This document shows, one piece after another, positions 9,704 to 19,350 of a stretch of DNA of 64,000 nt (the first letter of the stretch is position 1; each line of letters starts with the position of its first letter). The notes under the pieces were generated by a model, which did no database searches, was not told where the DNA came from, and saw only the letters and a program-made list of their open reading frames with translations. The position numbers and the translations under genes are program-made. Source of the stretch: Candidatus Hodarchaeota archaeon. GTDB lineage: Archaea > Asgardarchaeota > Lokiarchaeia > Sigyniarchaeales > SOKP01. Location: positions 36,324 through 100,323 of the forward strand of contig JBHLKM010000018.1 of NCBI GenBank assembly GCA_048886685.1, read 5' to 3'.

Positions 9704-11091
9704 GTGTTATTTATAGAAAAATCCAACAAATAATTGGACCCCTAGTATTTCTTAAAAATGAGCATCATGCTCAATTTGGGGAGATTGTTTTAATTAGAAC
9801 AGATGATGATAATATTCGTATGGGACAAATTGTAAAAATGAGTGAAGAACTTATAGTAGTGGAAGTATTTGAGGATACTACTGGATTATCTACAGAAAAT
9901 GCTGAGATAATTTTCACAGAAGACACGTTTAAAGTAAAGATTTCAAAAGATATGCTTGGTCAAACATTTAATTCTTTAGGAAAACCAATTGATATTAAAA
10001 CAAAAGCTTTATTAGATTCAGATATTTTATCAGATGTTCAAAGAGATATAAACGGAGTTCCTATTAATCCATTTGCAAGGGAATATCCTGTAGATATAAT
10101 TCAAACGGGAATATCAGTAATTGATGGCCTATTCACATTAATTAGGGGTCAAAAACTCCCAATATTCAGTGGACAAGGATTAACTCACAACAAATTAGCT
10201 GCTCAAATTGCTACACAAGCAAAAGTTTTAGCAGAAGAACCATTTGTCATAATCTTTTGTGGAATAGGGATAATTCAAGACGAAGCAATTTATTTTTTAA
10301 ATCGTTTTCAAGAGAGTGGATCCATTCAAAACATAATTTCTTTTATAAATTTTGCAGATGATCCGATAATTGAAAGATTAATTATCCCAAGAGTTGCTTT
10401 AACAACTGCAGAATATTTTGCCTTCGAAAAAGATATGCATGTTCTTGTTATTTTAATTGATATGACTAACTATGCTGAAGCTTTAAGAGAACTTAGTTCA
10501 GCAAAAGAAGAGATCCCTAGTAGAAAGGGTTATCCCGGATATATTTATTCCGATTTTGCTTCAATTTATGAGAGGACGGGGAAAATTAAAGGAAAAAAAG
10601 GCACAATAACTCAAATCCCGATTCTTACTATGCCATCAGATGACATATCACACCCTATTAGTGACACCACGGGCTATATAACTGAGGGACAACTAGTACT
10701 TAGCCGCAGTTTGCACAAAAAAGGAATTTATCCTCCGTTTGAAGTATTAGCCTCCATTTCACGATTAATGAAAGATGCAATAGGTAAAGATAAAACAAGA
10801 GAAGATCATGCTGATGTTAGCTCACAATTATTGTCTGCATATTCAAATTATCTTGAAGTTAAAGATCTTATTTCAATCGTAGGAGAAGATGGTTTAAGTT
10901 TTGAACAGAAGAATTTTTTAAAATTTGGGGTAGATTTTGAACAGAAATTTTTAAAACAAGAAATAAATGAAAATCGAGATTTTGAAACTACACTTAATTT
11001 GGCATGGGAAGTGCTTTCAAATTTAACTATAGATCAATTGTTTAGAGTACATTCAAGATTTTTAGATAAATATTATAAGATCCGGGTGTAG
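9700..11091 (+). CDS. atpB: A/V-type ATPase subunit B
   Basis: IRGQKLPIFSG, DMTNYAEALRE, RKGYPGY, TGYITEGQ, SISRLMK. Confidence 0.96.
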   Translation: MSVIYRKIQQIIGPLVFLKNEHHAQFGEIVLIRTDDDNIRMGQIVKMSEELIVVEVFEDTTGLSTENAEIIFTEDTFKVKISKDMLGQTFNSLGKPIDIKTKALLDSDILSDVQRDINGVPINPFAREYPVDIIQTGISVIDGLFTLIRGQKLPIFSGQGLTHNKLAAQIATQAKVLAEEPFVIIFCGIGIIQDEAIYFLNRFQESGSIQNIISFINFADDPIIERLIIPRVALTTAEYFAFEKDMHVLVILIDMTNYAEALRELSSAKEEIPSRKGYPGYIYSDFASIYERTGKIKGKKGTITQIPILTMPSDDISHPISDTTGYITEGQLVLSRSLHKKGIYPPFEVLASISRLMKDAIGKDKTREDHADVSSQLLSAYSNYLEVKDLISIVGEDGLSFEQKNFLKFGVDFEQKFLKQEINENRDFETTLNLAWEVLSNLTIDQLFRVHSRFLDKYYKIRV

Positions 11092-11094
11092 GTT

Positions 11095-11742
11095 ATCAGT
11101 TTTCGTGATATAAAACCAACAAAATCAAATTTGATAGGATTACAAAAGAGATTAGTTTTTGCTGTTAGAGGAGAAACTTTTTTAGAATATAGACGAGAAC
11201 AGTTAGTCTTTCAAATTAAACGATTAGGGAAAGAATATTTGGAAATACGAAAGAATTTTATTGATTTATTTAAACAATCACTTATAAAATTAAATCAAAC
11301 TTATGAAGAAATGGGTAAAAATGGAGTTGTTCTGATTAGTAAATTAAGCAGAATACAATATAAACCCATGATAGATATTCAATATCAAAAGAAAGTAGGA
11401 ATAGTTGTTCCTAAAATTAATTATGAATTTTTTCAAGAGGAAAAATTACCTGCTTATACCTTTGAAGACACAAGTCATTTTCTCGATGATTTAATTATTT
11501 TATTGAAAGAATTTTTTAAGGAAATGATAAAATTTACTGAAATTGAAGATTTACTATTGAAACATGCTGTTAGCTTTAAAAAAGTAAATCGCCGGATTAA
11601 TGGACTAAAAAATATGATTATTCCAAAAATGAAAACGGATATAAAACAAATTAAAGAAATTTTAGAAGAAATTGAGAGAGAAAACTATGTAAGACTAAAA
11701 AAAACAAAAGATTTAATTATTAGCCAAGGAAAAACCACTTGA
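11095..11742 (+). CDS. atpD: A/V-type ATPase subunit D; start probably upstream of the ORF-track TTG 11131
   Basis: In-frame upstream ISFRDIKPTKSNL (conserved xPTR/K motif), RRINGLKNMIIP, EEIERENYVRLK. Confidence 0.9.
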   Translation: MSFRDIKPTKSNLIGLQKRLVFAVRGETFLEYRREQLVFQIKRLGKEYLEIRKNFIDLFKQSLIKLNQTYEEMGKNGVVLISKLSRIQYKPMIDIQYQKKVGIVVPKINYEFFQEEKLPAYTFEDTSHFLDDLIILLKEFFKEMIKFTEIEDLLLKHAVSFKKVNRRINGLKNMIIPKMKTDIKQIKEILEEIERENYVRLKKTKDLIISQGKTT

Positions 11743-11754
11743 GTATGATGAAAA

Positions 11755-14229
11755 ATGGTAAAAAAAAGTGAATTTAGTTTAATAAGAGCAGAAATAAACC
11801 ATAATTATAAAGATCAATTACTAATTGAACTCTCAGATCTAAATATAGTTCATGTAAAACCAAGAGCAGAAAAAAACAAAATTAAGAAGGAATTAGAAGA
11901 AAAAGATCCTCTTAAGGAAAAAATTAAAGATATAAGGAAAAATTTAAACAACCTGTATAAAAAACTTGAAATAAGTGAATATGATGTTTTAAATTTAAAA
12001 GTTGCTGAGGATGATAGAATAGAATTTATTGCAAGAGATTTACCAGAATTAATAGACCATATCGAAGAAGAAATCGATTTTTATACAAATAGAATGGTTG
12101 AGTTAAATAGATATATTACTAAAGGAAAAATCGAATTAGAAAATTTAATGACAATTAAAAATTGTTATAATTATGCAAAAAAATTAAATCTAAATGTAGA
12201 AAAAATAGATAGTTTGGAAATTTTTAAATTTCGAATTTTCACAACTTTTAGCAAAAACTTAACCAATTTAAAAAATTTATTTGAACATTCAGAATTTCCT
12301 AATTTTTATGAAACATTTATGATTTCTGATGATCGAATTGGTTTCTATATTATCTATCCAAAAGATAAGGAGAATGAGTTTAACGCAAGGATTCGATTAA
12401 TACATTCTGAAGAAGTTCCAATACTTAAAAGATATTTGACAAAAGAAGGAATAAATTTCCTAAGAATTAATAAGGAAATAAATTTTATTGAAAATTTGGT
12501 TTCAAGATATAAAAAAGAACAAACTCGAATAATAAAAGATAATATGTTAAGATTTGCGGCGATTAATGAAGTTGTGCAAAATATTGAGGAATATAATTGG
12601 GCGGAACATCAATTTGAAAAAACAACATCAAATCGTCTAATCTTTAAATTCTTTATTCCCTCACAGAAAAAAGAGGAGATTCTTCAACATTTATTTGCAA
12701 TCTTTAAAGATAATATTACCATCGAATCAAATGATATCTCAAAAAAAAAACCCATTAAAGAAGCTATTACTGCAAAAAAAAGAAAAACTATGAAATACAA
12801 AAAAGAACCAATACTAAAAGAAGAGTATCTAGAACGAAGTGAAAATGATGGGATAGATAATGGAGTAGACTTAAGAGAATCTACTCCTACAATAATGAAA
12901 AATTTCTTTTTGATTCGCCCATTCGAAACAATTACCAGATTATATGGCACACCAACTTATTCTGAAATTGATCCTACTCCGATTATTGCTTTTACTTTTC
13001 CAATATTATTCGGTATGATGTTTGGTGATATTGGTCATGGGCTAATTTTAATAATCGCAGGATTTATAGGAGGAATAGTATTTAGGAAAAGGAAAGGAGA
13101 CACTGCCAATTTCTCATGGATAATTTTTTTCTGTGGATGGGCTGCATTTTTCATCGGATTTTTATACGGTGAATTTTTAGGAAAACATGAACTAGAAATT
13201 TTTGGCAACATAATTTGGCATCTCGAACCAATTAATTTATTAAGTATTCTTCCTCCCCCATATATTTTAAGAGCTACAGCAATTATAGGAGGGGGCATAA
13301 CTATACTGGGTATAATAGCACTTACTTTAATTCATTCCAGATTAAAAAGAATAGCAAATTGGATTATTGGTATTGGATTAACATTTTGTTTGCTGTCATT
13401 GATCCTATTAATAATTTCACCAACGTTAGATATTACGTTATATAATCCTTTGCAAAATATAATGAATGTATTTAAATTTGCAATTTATATTGGTGTATTT
13501 CATATTAATTTGGGATGGTTCATTCAATTTTTGAATTATTGGAAACAAAAAAGAAAATATCTGGGATTTAGTGATTCTTTAATGAAAATTCTATTGTTGA
13601 CTGGAGGAACTATTCTAATTTTTGGATTTGGATTCGATATTTATGGATGGTTATCCTCTCCTTACCCAATTTTACTAGTCTTAATCCCTGGGGTGCTTTT
13701 ATTGGGATTGAAACCATTTGGAAAACTTCTTGGGATTTCTTATCTAAAAGAAGAATCTTTTAGTGGATTATTAGGTGAAGGTTCGATTGAAGCCTTTGAT
13801 ACTGTTTTATCAGTAGTGAGTAATGTAGCTTCATATATTAGATTATTAGCTTTAGCATTAGCACATATAGCATTGTTATATTCGATTAATGCTATGAGTA
13901 CCTTGATTGAAGGTGACAATTTTGGAATTGAAATAGTTAATTTAATTGGTCAGATCTTTGGGAATATAGTCGTAATCTTAATTGAAGGTATACTAGTTTT
14001 CATCAACACCTTACGTCTTCATTTTTATGAATTCTTTTTTAAATTCTACCAGGGCTCAGGAATTGAATATTTTCCATTTTACCTTGATAATAATTACTCT
14101 ATGCTTAAGTTTAGGCCAGAGACTGAGAAAGACATCATTTCAGAGGAAATTGAGAGAGAGATTGATACAGAATTTGTAAAAAAAGAAATAGATAAAGCTA
14201 TTAATTATCTTTCAAAAAAATTTGAATAA
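11755..14229 (+). CDS. atpI: A/V-type ATPase subunit I (a), long 824-aa form
   Basis: YGTPTYSEIDPT, FGMMFGDIGHG, SNVASYIRLLALALAH (essential Arg), LRLHFYEFFFKFY. Confidence 0.95.
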   Translation: MVKKSEFSLIRAEINHNYKDQLLIELSDLNIVHVKPRAEKNKIKKELEEKDPLKEKIKDIRKNLNNLYKKLEISEYDVLNLKVAEDDRIEFIARDLPELIDHIEEEIDFYTNRMVELNRYITKGKIELENLMTIKNCYNYAKKLNLNVEKIDSLEIFKFRIFTTFSKNLTNLKNLFEHSEFPNFYETFMISDDRIGFYIIYPKDKENEFNARIRLIHSEEVPILKRYLTKEGINFLRINKEINFIENLVSRYKKEQTRIIKDNMLRFAAINEVVQNIEEYNWAEHQFEKTTSNRLIFKFFIPSQKKEEILQHLFAIFKDNITIESNDISKKKPIKEAITAKKRKTMKYKKEPILKEEYLERSENDGIDNGVDLRESTPTIMKNFFLIRPFETITRLYGTPTYSEIDPTPIIAFTFPILFGMMFGDIGHGLILIIAGFIGGIVFRKRKGDTANFSWIIFFCGWAAFFIGFLYGEFLGKHELEIFGNIIWHLEPINLLSILPPPYILRATAIIGGGITILGIIALTLIHSRLKRIANWIIGIGLTFCLLSLILLIISPTLDITLYNPLQNIMNVFKFAIYIGVFHINLGWFIQFLNYWKQKRKYLGFSDSLMKILLLTGGTILIFGFGFDIYGWLSSPYPILLVLIPGVLLLGLKPFGKLLGISYLKEESFSGLLGEGSIEAFDTVLSVVSNVASYIRLLALALAHIALLYSINAMSTLIEGDNFGIEIVNLIGQIFGNIVVILIEGILVFINTLRLHFYEFFFKFYQGSGIEYFPFYLDNNYSMLKFRPETEKDIISEEIEREIDTEFVKKEIDKAINYLSKKFE

Positions 14230-14275
14230 TGTTCATTATCAATGAATTGAATAATTAACCAAATTATGATAAATT

Positions 14276-14713
14276 GTGCCGGAAACCAAAGAGAAACTAT
14301 TAAATCGAAAAGTACTTATTATTCGGTTATTAATTTTGATCAGTTATTTGCTTATACTGCTTTTTTTTTTCTATTTTTTAACCAAATTTGGGGCTAATCC
14401 TTTCATTGTTCTTATCTTGCTTCTGTTCACGTTTTTGATAACTATCGGTCCATTTTTTAGACGAGGTAAGAGATCTCTTTACTCTAGGATGTTTCCCAAT
14501 AGAAAAAGAAAAAGCTCCCTTGAAGGGGGACAGAAAGAAAAGGATCGTAGAATTAAGAGAAAATTTGAACAAGCTGAACCTAAAATCTATAAAAAAGTCA
14601 ATCTGGAAATTAATTATCGTAAACCAATTGTACTTAAATGCGGAAATTGCGGAAATACAATACCCAATTTTGTAAAAAAATGTCCATTTTGTAATAAACA
14701 AGTATCCTACTAA
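14276..14713 (+). CDS. membrane-anchored zinc-ribbon protein within the ATPase operon
   Basis: Two N-terminal TM helices, basic linker, CGNC-x10-CPFC. Confidence 0.75.
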   Translation: MPETKEKLLNRKVLIIRLLILISYLLILLFFFYFLTKFGANPFIVLILLLFTFLITIGPFFRRGKRSLYSRMFPNRKRKSSLEGGQKEKDRRIKRKFEQAEPKIYKKVNLEINYRKPIVLKCGNCGNTIPNFVKKCPFCNKQVSY

Positions 14714-14737
14714 ATTAAACAGAGGATTTTATGAAAA

Positions 14738-16540
14738 ATGAAAGAATTGAGTCAAGGATATATTTCTGCTATTATAGGTTCCTTAATAAAAGTAAAAGGA
14801 TTAGAAAATGAGGTAAGACTTTATGATATGGTTAAAATCTCAAAACATAATATTCTGGGAGAAGTTATTCAAATACAATCAGATCACATTGTGGCTCAGT
14901 GTTTCGAAAATGTCATTAAAGTAAAATTATATGAGAAAGTTGAGAATCTAAATGAACCACTTTCGATGGAATTGGCTCCGGGTCTAATTGCGGGTGTTTT
15001 TGATGGAATTCAAAGGCCTTTGGAGATGATTTTTAAAAATTTAGAATCTGGAGGCTTAGAAAGAGGGATAAAATATCCTTCTTTATCAAGAAAAACAAAA
15101 TGGCATTTTACACCCCTAAGGAAATTAGGTGATGAAGTTAAAGGAGGAGATGTGATTGGATCAGTTAAAGAAACAAAAGATATCGAGCATAAAATAATGG
15201 TTCCTCCTAATTCTACTGGGATAATTTCATTTATCGCTGATGAAGGTGATTATACAATAGTAGAAGAAATTTATAAACTAAAAGATAAAAATAAAGAAAA
15301 TTCCTTCCCAATGTTACAAAAATGGCCCATCACTCAAAATAGACCTTTTACAAAGAAAGAAAATCCGAATAAACCATTAATAACAGGAATACGTGTTATA
15401 GATTTACTTTTTCCAATCGTAAAGGGTGGCACAACTGCTATTCCTGGAGGATTTGGAACTGGCAAGACCGTTATTCAACAATCATTAGCTAAGTGGTGTA
15501 ATGCTGATTTGGTAGTATTTATTGGATGTGGAGAGCCCGGAAATGAAATTGCAAATATCTTGAAGCAATTTTCAGAAACTGAAGACCCTAAAAGTGGTAC
15601 TCCTTTATTAGATCATATAATACTTATAGCTAATACCTCCAATATGCCTGTATCAGCACGAGAAGCCAGTTTATTTTCTGGGGTAACTATTGCGGAGTAT
15701 TATCGAGATATGGGATACGATGTTGTTGTGTTAGCAGATAGTATATCGAGATGGGCAGAATCTCTCAGAGAAATCTCAGGCTTATTGGAAGAAATGCCAG
15801 CTGAGGAGGGATATCCTGCATATCTACCTTCAAAACTTTCAAACTTTTATGAGAGAGCTGGCTTGGTTAAAACTTTAGGCTTAGATCACATAGGTGCAGA
15901 GAAAGAAGGGTCTTTAACGATTATTGGAACTATATCACCACCAGCAGGCGATTTCAGTGAACCAGTTACCTCAACAACAAAAAGATTGGTACAAGTTTTT
16001 TTAGCTTTAGACCCAAAATTAGCCTATTTAAAGCACTATCCCGCTATAGATTGGCTTAATTCTTATTCGAATTACCCTTCTTATATTGCAGATTGGTGGT
16101 ATGACAGAGATATTGATTGGCCTGAAATTAATATTGATTGGGACGAATGTCGAAATCAAGTGAATGACATTTTATCACAGGAACAGGATTTGAAATATTT
16201 GATTCAATTAATAGGTGAAAAGAACTTGCCAGAAGATAAACAACTAGTTCTCTTTATTACAAAATTAATTAAGAATAGCTTTTTAATCCAAAGTGCTTTT
16301 GATGAAATTGATAGCTTCACCGATGTTGAAAAATTATTAGGTATAATTAAATTAATTCTCTTTATTTACAATAAAGGGAAAGATCTTGTTAATCAAGGAA
16401 TATTACTTGAAGACCTATTAGATTCTGAACTTATTAATAAAATAATGAGAATCAGTCAAACAGTTCCGAACAATAACTTCAATCAAATTGAGAGAATAAA
16501 GAATGAACTTATAAGGAAATTTAGACTAGTAAGTATCTAG
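14738..16540 (+). CDS. atpA: A/V-type ATPase subunit A paralogue (copy 2; GER>GEP)
   Basis: Colinear with 7865..9703; Walker [10 protein letters not shown] intact, but GCGEPGNE. Confidence 0.93.
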   Translation: MKELSQGYISAIIGSLIKVKGLENEVRLYDMVKISKHNILGEVIQIQSDHIVAQCFENVIKVKLYEKVENLNEPLSMELAPGLIAGVFDGIQRPLEMIFKNLESGGLERGIKYPSLSRKTKWHFTPLRKLGDEVKGGDVIGSVKETKDIEHKIMVPPNSTGIISFIADEGDYTIVEEIYKLKDKNKENSFPMLQKWPITQNRPFTKKENPNKPLITGIRVIDLLFPIVKGGTTAIPGGFGTGKTVIQQSLAKWCNADLVVFIGCGEPGNEIANILKQFSETEDPKSGTPLLDHIILIANTSNMPVSAREASLFSGVTIAEYYRDMGYDVVVLADSISRWAESLREISGLLEEMPAEEGYPAYLPSKLSNFYERAGLVKTLGLDHIGAEKEGSLTIIGTISPPAGDFSEPVTSTTKRLVQVFLALDPKLAYLKHYPAIDWLNSYSNYPSYIADWWYDRDIDWPEINIDWDECRNQVNDILSQEQDLKYLIQLIGEKNLPEDKQLVLFITKLIKNSFLIQSAFDEIDSFTDVEKLLGIIKLILFIYNKGKDLVNQGILLEDLLDSELINKIMRISQTVPNNNFNQIERIKNELIRKFRLVSI

Positions 16541-16570
16541 GATATTTTACTTATATACCTTTCAATAATA

Positions 16571-17167
16571 TTATGGCTTAAACCACTCAAAGAAATAATA
16601 TGAATTTGTAAGAGGATTTGCTATAACAAATTTTTTCCTTACAGATGTTGCTAATCTCCCTGCACGCACCATATCTATTGCTGTAATTTCAGCATCATGT
16701 GGTAAAACGTGTACCATAAAGAGTGAATGTTCAAGGCCAGGACCACGGCGATAAACTACAAAATCCGCACCGAACTTTAATCCTGGCCGTGGAATGTATC
16801 CTTTTTCCCTTAGATCTTTATAAATTATGAACTTTTCCTCAAATTTATGGTGTATATTCTTCGCTAGCTTATAAAACTCCTTTGGGCTTAAATCTTTTTT
16901 TTCAATTACATCAAATATTGTAATTTCATCTTTTTCCAATAGGAAATATGCCTCTATTAAAGATAGTTCACTTGGTTTGGAGAAATATTCCAATCTTGGC
17001 TTATTAATTCCAAGTGGGGAACCAAAAAAACCTTTCTTTACATATAAATAAGAAGCGTATAAAGGATTAAAGACAATAACTCTAGAATTTATGAATTTGG
17101 TTGGAATTCTTTCTGGTACGTCAACCTCATCAAGATTTATTTGATTATCCTTTACTTGATTCATCAT
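16571..17167 (-). CDS. endA: tRNA-intron endonuclease, catalytic subunit
   Basis: LSLIEAYFL, YKDLREKGY..RPGLKFGADFVVY, EHS, RLATSVRKK (Tyr/His/Lys triad). Confidence 0.95.
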   Translation of the reverse strand: MMNQVKDNQINLDEVDVPERIPTKFINSRVIVFNPLYASYLYVKKGFFGSPLGINKPRLEYFSKPSELSLIEAYFLLEKDEITIFDVIEKKDLSPKEFYKLAKNIHHKFEEKFIIYKDLREKGYIPRPGLKFGADFVVYRRGPGLEHSLFMVHVLPHDAEITAIDMVRAGRLATSVRKKFVIANPLTNSYYFFEWFKP

Positions 17168-17293
17168 AAAAGATTATTAAAGATAACTTAATAAATCTTA
17201 CAATTTCTTATTGAATAGATTAAATTATTTAAGCTTCAAAAATATTAAATTTTAAATTTAATATTGAACGTTTAATGATTGGTGATTGGTAAA

Positions 17294-18181
17294 ATGGTCC
17301 TTAGAAGAGCAACTCATGCGGGCAGTTGGTATCCTGGGTCCAAAAAAGGCTTACAAGAAGCAATACAGGGGTATTTTATGGATAAAAAATTTGGTCCCGG
17401 TGAAGAACCTTTAACATTGAATAAAGATGAAAGAACTGTTATAGGAGGTGTCTCTCCACATGCGGGTATGACATATTCAGGACCTTGTGCCGCTTTTACA
17501 TACCTAAATTTATTCAAGGAGAGAATTCCTGATACAGTTATAGTTTTAGGTACAGATCATATTGGGTATCATAAAATTGCATTAATGAAAAAAGGAGAAT
17601 GGGAAACACCGTTAGGAAATTTGGAGATAGACGAAGAATTCGCAAAACAGATATTAATTAATAGTAAGATAATTGAAGAAGATAATTCTCTTTTTATAGG
17701 TCTTACTGCTGAACAAGAGCATAATATAGAAATTCAATTACCGTTTATTAAGTATTGTTCTCATGATAAAGAAGTAAAAATTGTTCCAATTAAAATAGCT
17801 GGCACTAGAGATTTTAAAACTATGGAAGCAATCGCTATTGATATCTCCAACGCAATAAATTCAAGCAAGAATGATATTGTTATTGTAGCGTCTTCAGATA
17901 TGTCCCACAAACAAGTAATGGATTCAAGCCAATTAAAAATATTTAAGGAGATTGATTTTGCAGCAATTGAAGAATTCAAAAAATTAAATCCTGAAAAAAC
18001 ACTTGAAGCTTCTTTAAAAACCTCCATATGTGGTCCACAAACAATTACTACTATGATGCTAATTTGCCAAAATCTAAATGCCACCAAAGGTGAAATGATG
18101 CAATATTATACAAGTTCTGAAAGAACTGGAAGCATTGGAGGCTATTGTGTAGGATATTTTTCAGGAATTATTTTGAAATAA
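17294..18181 (+). CDS. MEMO1 family protein (AmmeMemoRadiSam protein B)
   Basis: RRATHAGSWYP, SPHAGMTYSG, EHNIEIQLPF, ASSDMSH, SICG; ATG 17294 lies 8 nt after GGTGA. Confidence 0.93.
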   Translation: MVLRRATHAGSWYPGSKKGLQEAIQGYFMDKKFGPGEEPLTLNKDERTVIGGVSPHAGMTYSGPCAAFTYLNLFKERIPDTVIVLGTDHIGYHKIALMKKGEWETPLGNLEIDEEFAKQILINSKIIEEDNSLFIGLTAEQEHNIEIQLPFIKYCSHDKEVKIVPIKIAGTRDFKTMEAIAIDISNAINSSKNDIVIVASSDMSHKQVMDSSQLKIFKEIDFAAIEEFKKLNPEKTLEASLKTSICGPQTITTMMLICQNLNATKGEMMQYYTSSERTGSIGGYCVGYFSGIILK

Positions 18182-18222
18182 AATTAATTTATAGAATAGA
18201 AATAAAAATTAGCCTTAAAAAT

Positions 18223-19350
18223 ATGCCAGAAGATAAGGAAAAGGTTGAAGATTTTATTACTTTATGGCGTAAAAAGATGATGACTGAATCCGATAAACCA
18301 AGTGCCATTGGGGAAACCTTAAAACGAATTCAAGAAGTTGAACAGGAAAACGAACAACTAAGGAATAAAATTCGGGCAAATATAGATTTAATAAGTAGAA
18401 CCGAAGAACTTGTAAGAAATACCATTTCTGAAAACGAAAGATTAAAAGAAGAATTAAGAAAGTCGGGATCTATCGGGGGAAGGAATATTAGTGATATACA
18501 ACAGGAAAATCTCGAACTTAATAATAAAGTTAAGAGTCTAACTATGATTTTAACAGAAAAAGATAACGCATTAAGCTTAAAAGACAATGAATTAGCTGAA
18601 TTACGAGTTAAATTAAATGAAGCAACGATGACAGCACAATTTTTAGCTGATACTGCTTCTGAAGAACCTCCTGATGTATCTAAAGCTTTAATTGAAGATT
18701 TACAATCAGAATTATCAAAGAAGAAAACTCAAATTTTTGAATTGGAACAAGTGATTACATCACTTAATAATGAACTTGTTAATCTAAATGAACAACTAAT
18801 CGAAAAGGAGACTAAATCACCGGTTGATTACTTATTACCTATTGATACATCAAAATCGACTAGTATAAAACCTCAACCCTCTCAAACTTCTTCAGCATCA
18901 TTAGAAATTCTATGTCAAGACCTTCAAGCAGATTTAAACAAGTACAAGAGAATAGTTGAGAAATTAAATCAAGATAAATCTGAATTGCAAAAAACTATCG
19001 AAAAAGGAGGCTTTACACTTGAACCAGAAGAGTTGAAAGAACTAAAAAAAGAAAATGAAGATCTAAAAGCTGAACTTTCTCAAATACAAGAAATCCTTAA
19101 AATAAAATCAAAACCCACCGTTGAGACTCTATCTATTGTAGAATCTGAGAGATTAATTGAAGATCTCCAAGCACAATTAAAACTTAAAGATCAGGTAATA
19201 ACAGAATTAAAATCATCAAGCCAACCTCAAATTATCACACCACAAGGTCCAATGTCTAATTTAGTAGAGGATTTGCAGAAAACAATAAATAAATTAAAAA
19301 TAACGATAGATGAAAAGAATAAAATTATTGAAGAATTAAAATCATCATAG
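18223..19350 (+). CDS. long coiled-coil protein, function unknown
   Basis: Heptad-rich E/K/L segments broken by Pro/Ser linkers; repeated LIEDLQ/LVEDLQ motif; ATG 18223. Confidence 0.75.
   Translation: MPEDKEKVEDFITLWRKKMMTESDKPSAIGETLKRIQEVEQENEQLRNKIRANIDLISRTEELVRNTISENERLKEELRKSGSIGGRNISDIQQENLELNNKVKSLTMILTEKDNALSLKDNELAELRVKLNEATMTAQFLADTASEEPPDVSKALIEDLQSELSKKKTQIFELEQVITSLNNELVNLNEQLIEKETKSPVDYLLPIDTSKSTSIKPQPSQTSSASLEILCQDLQADLNKYKRIVEKLNQDKSELQKTIEKGGFTLEPEELKELKKENEDLKAELSQIQEILKIKSKPTVETLSIVESERLIEDLQAQLKLKDQVITELKSSSQPQIITPQGPMSNLVEDLQKTINKLKITIDEKNKIIEELKSS

Noticed and set aside
7865-16540. atpA duplication as an assembly artefact, or an intein in AtpA/RadA
   Set aside because: The copies differ throughout at DNA and protein level; lengths are normal and there are no intein splice motifs
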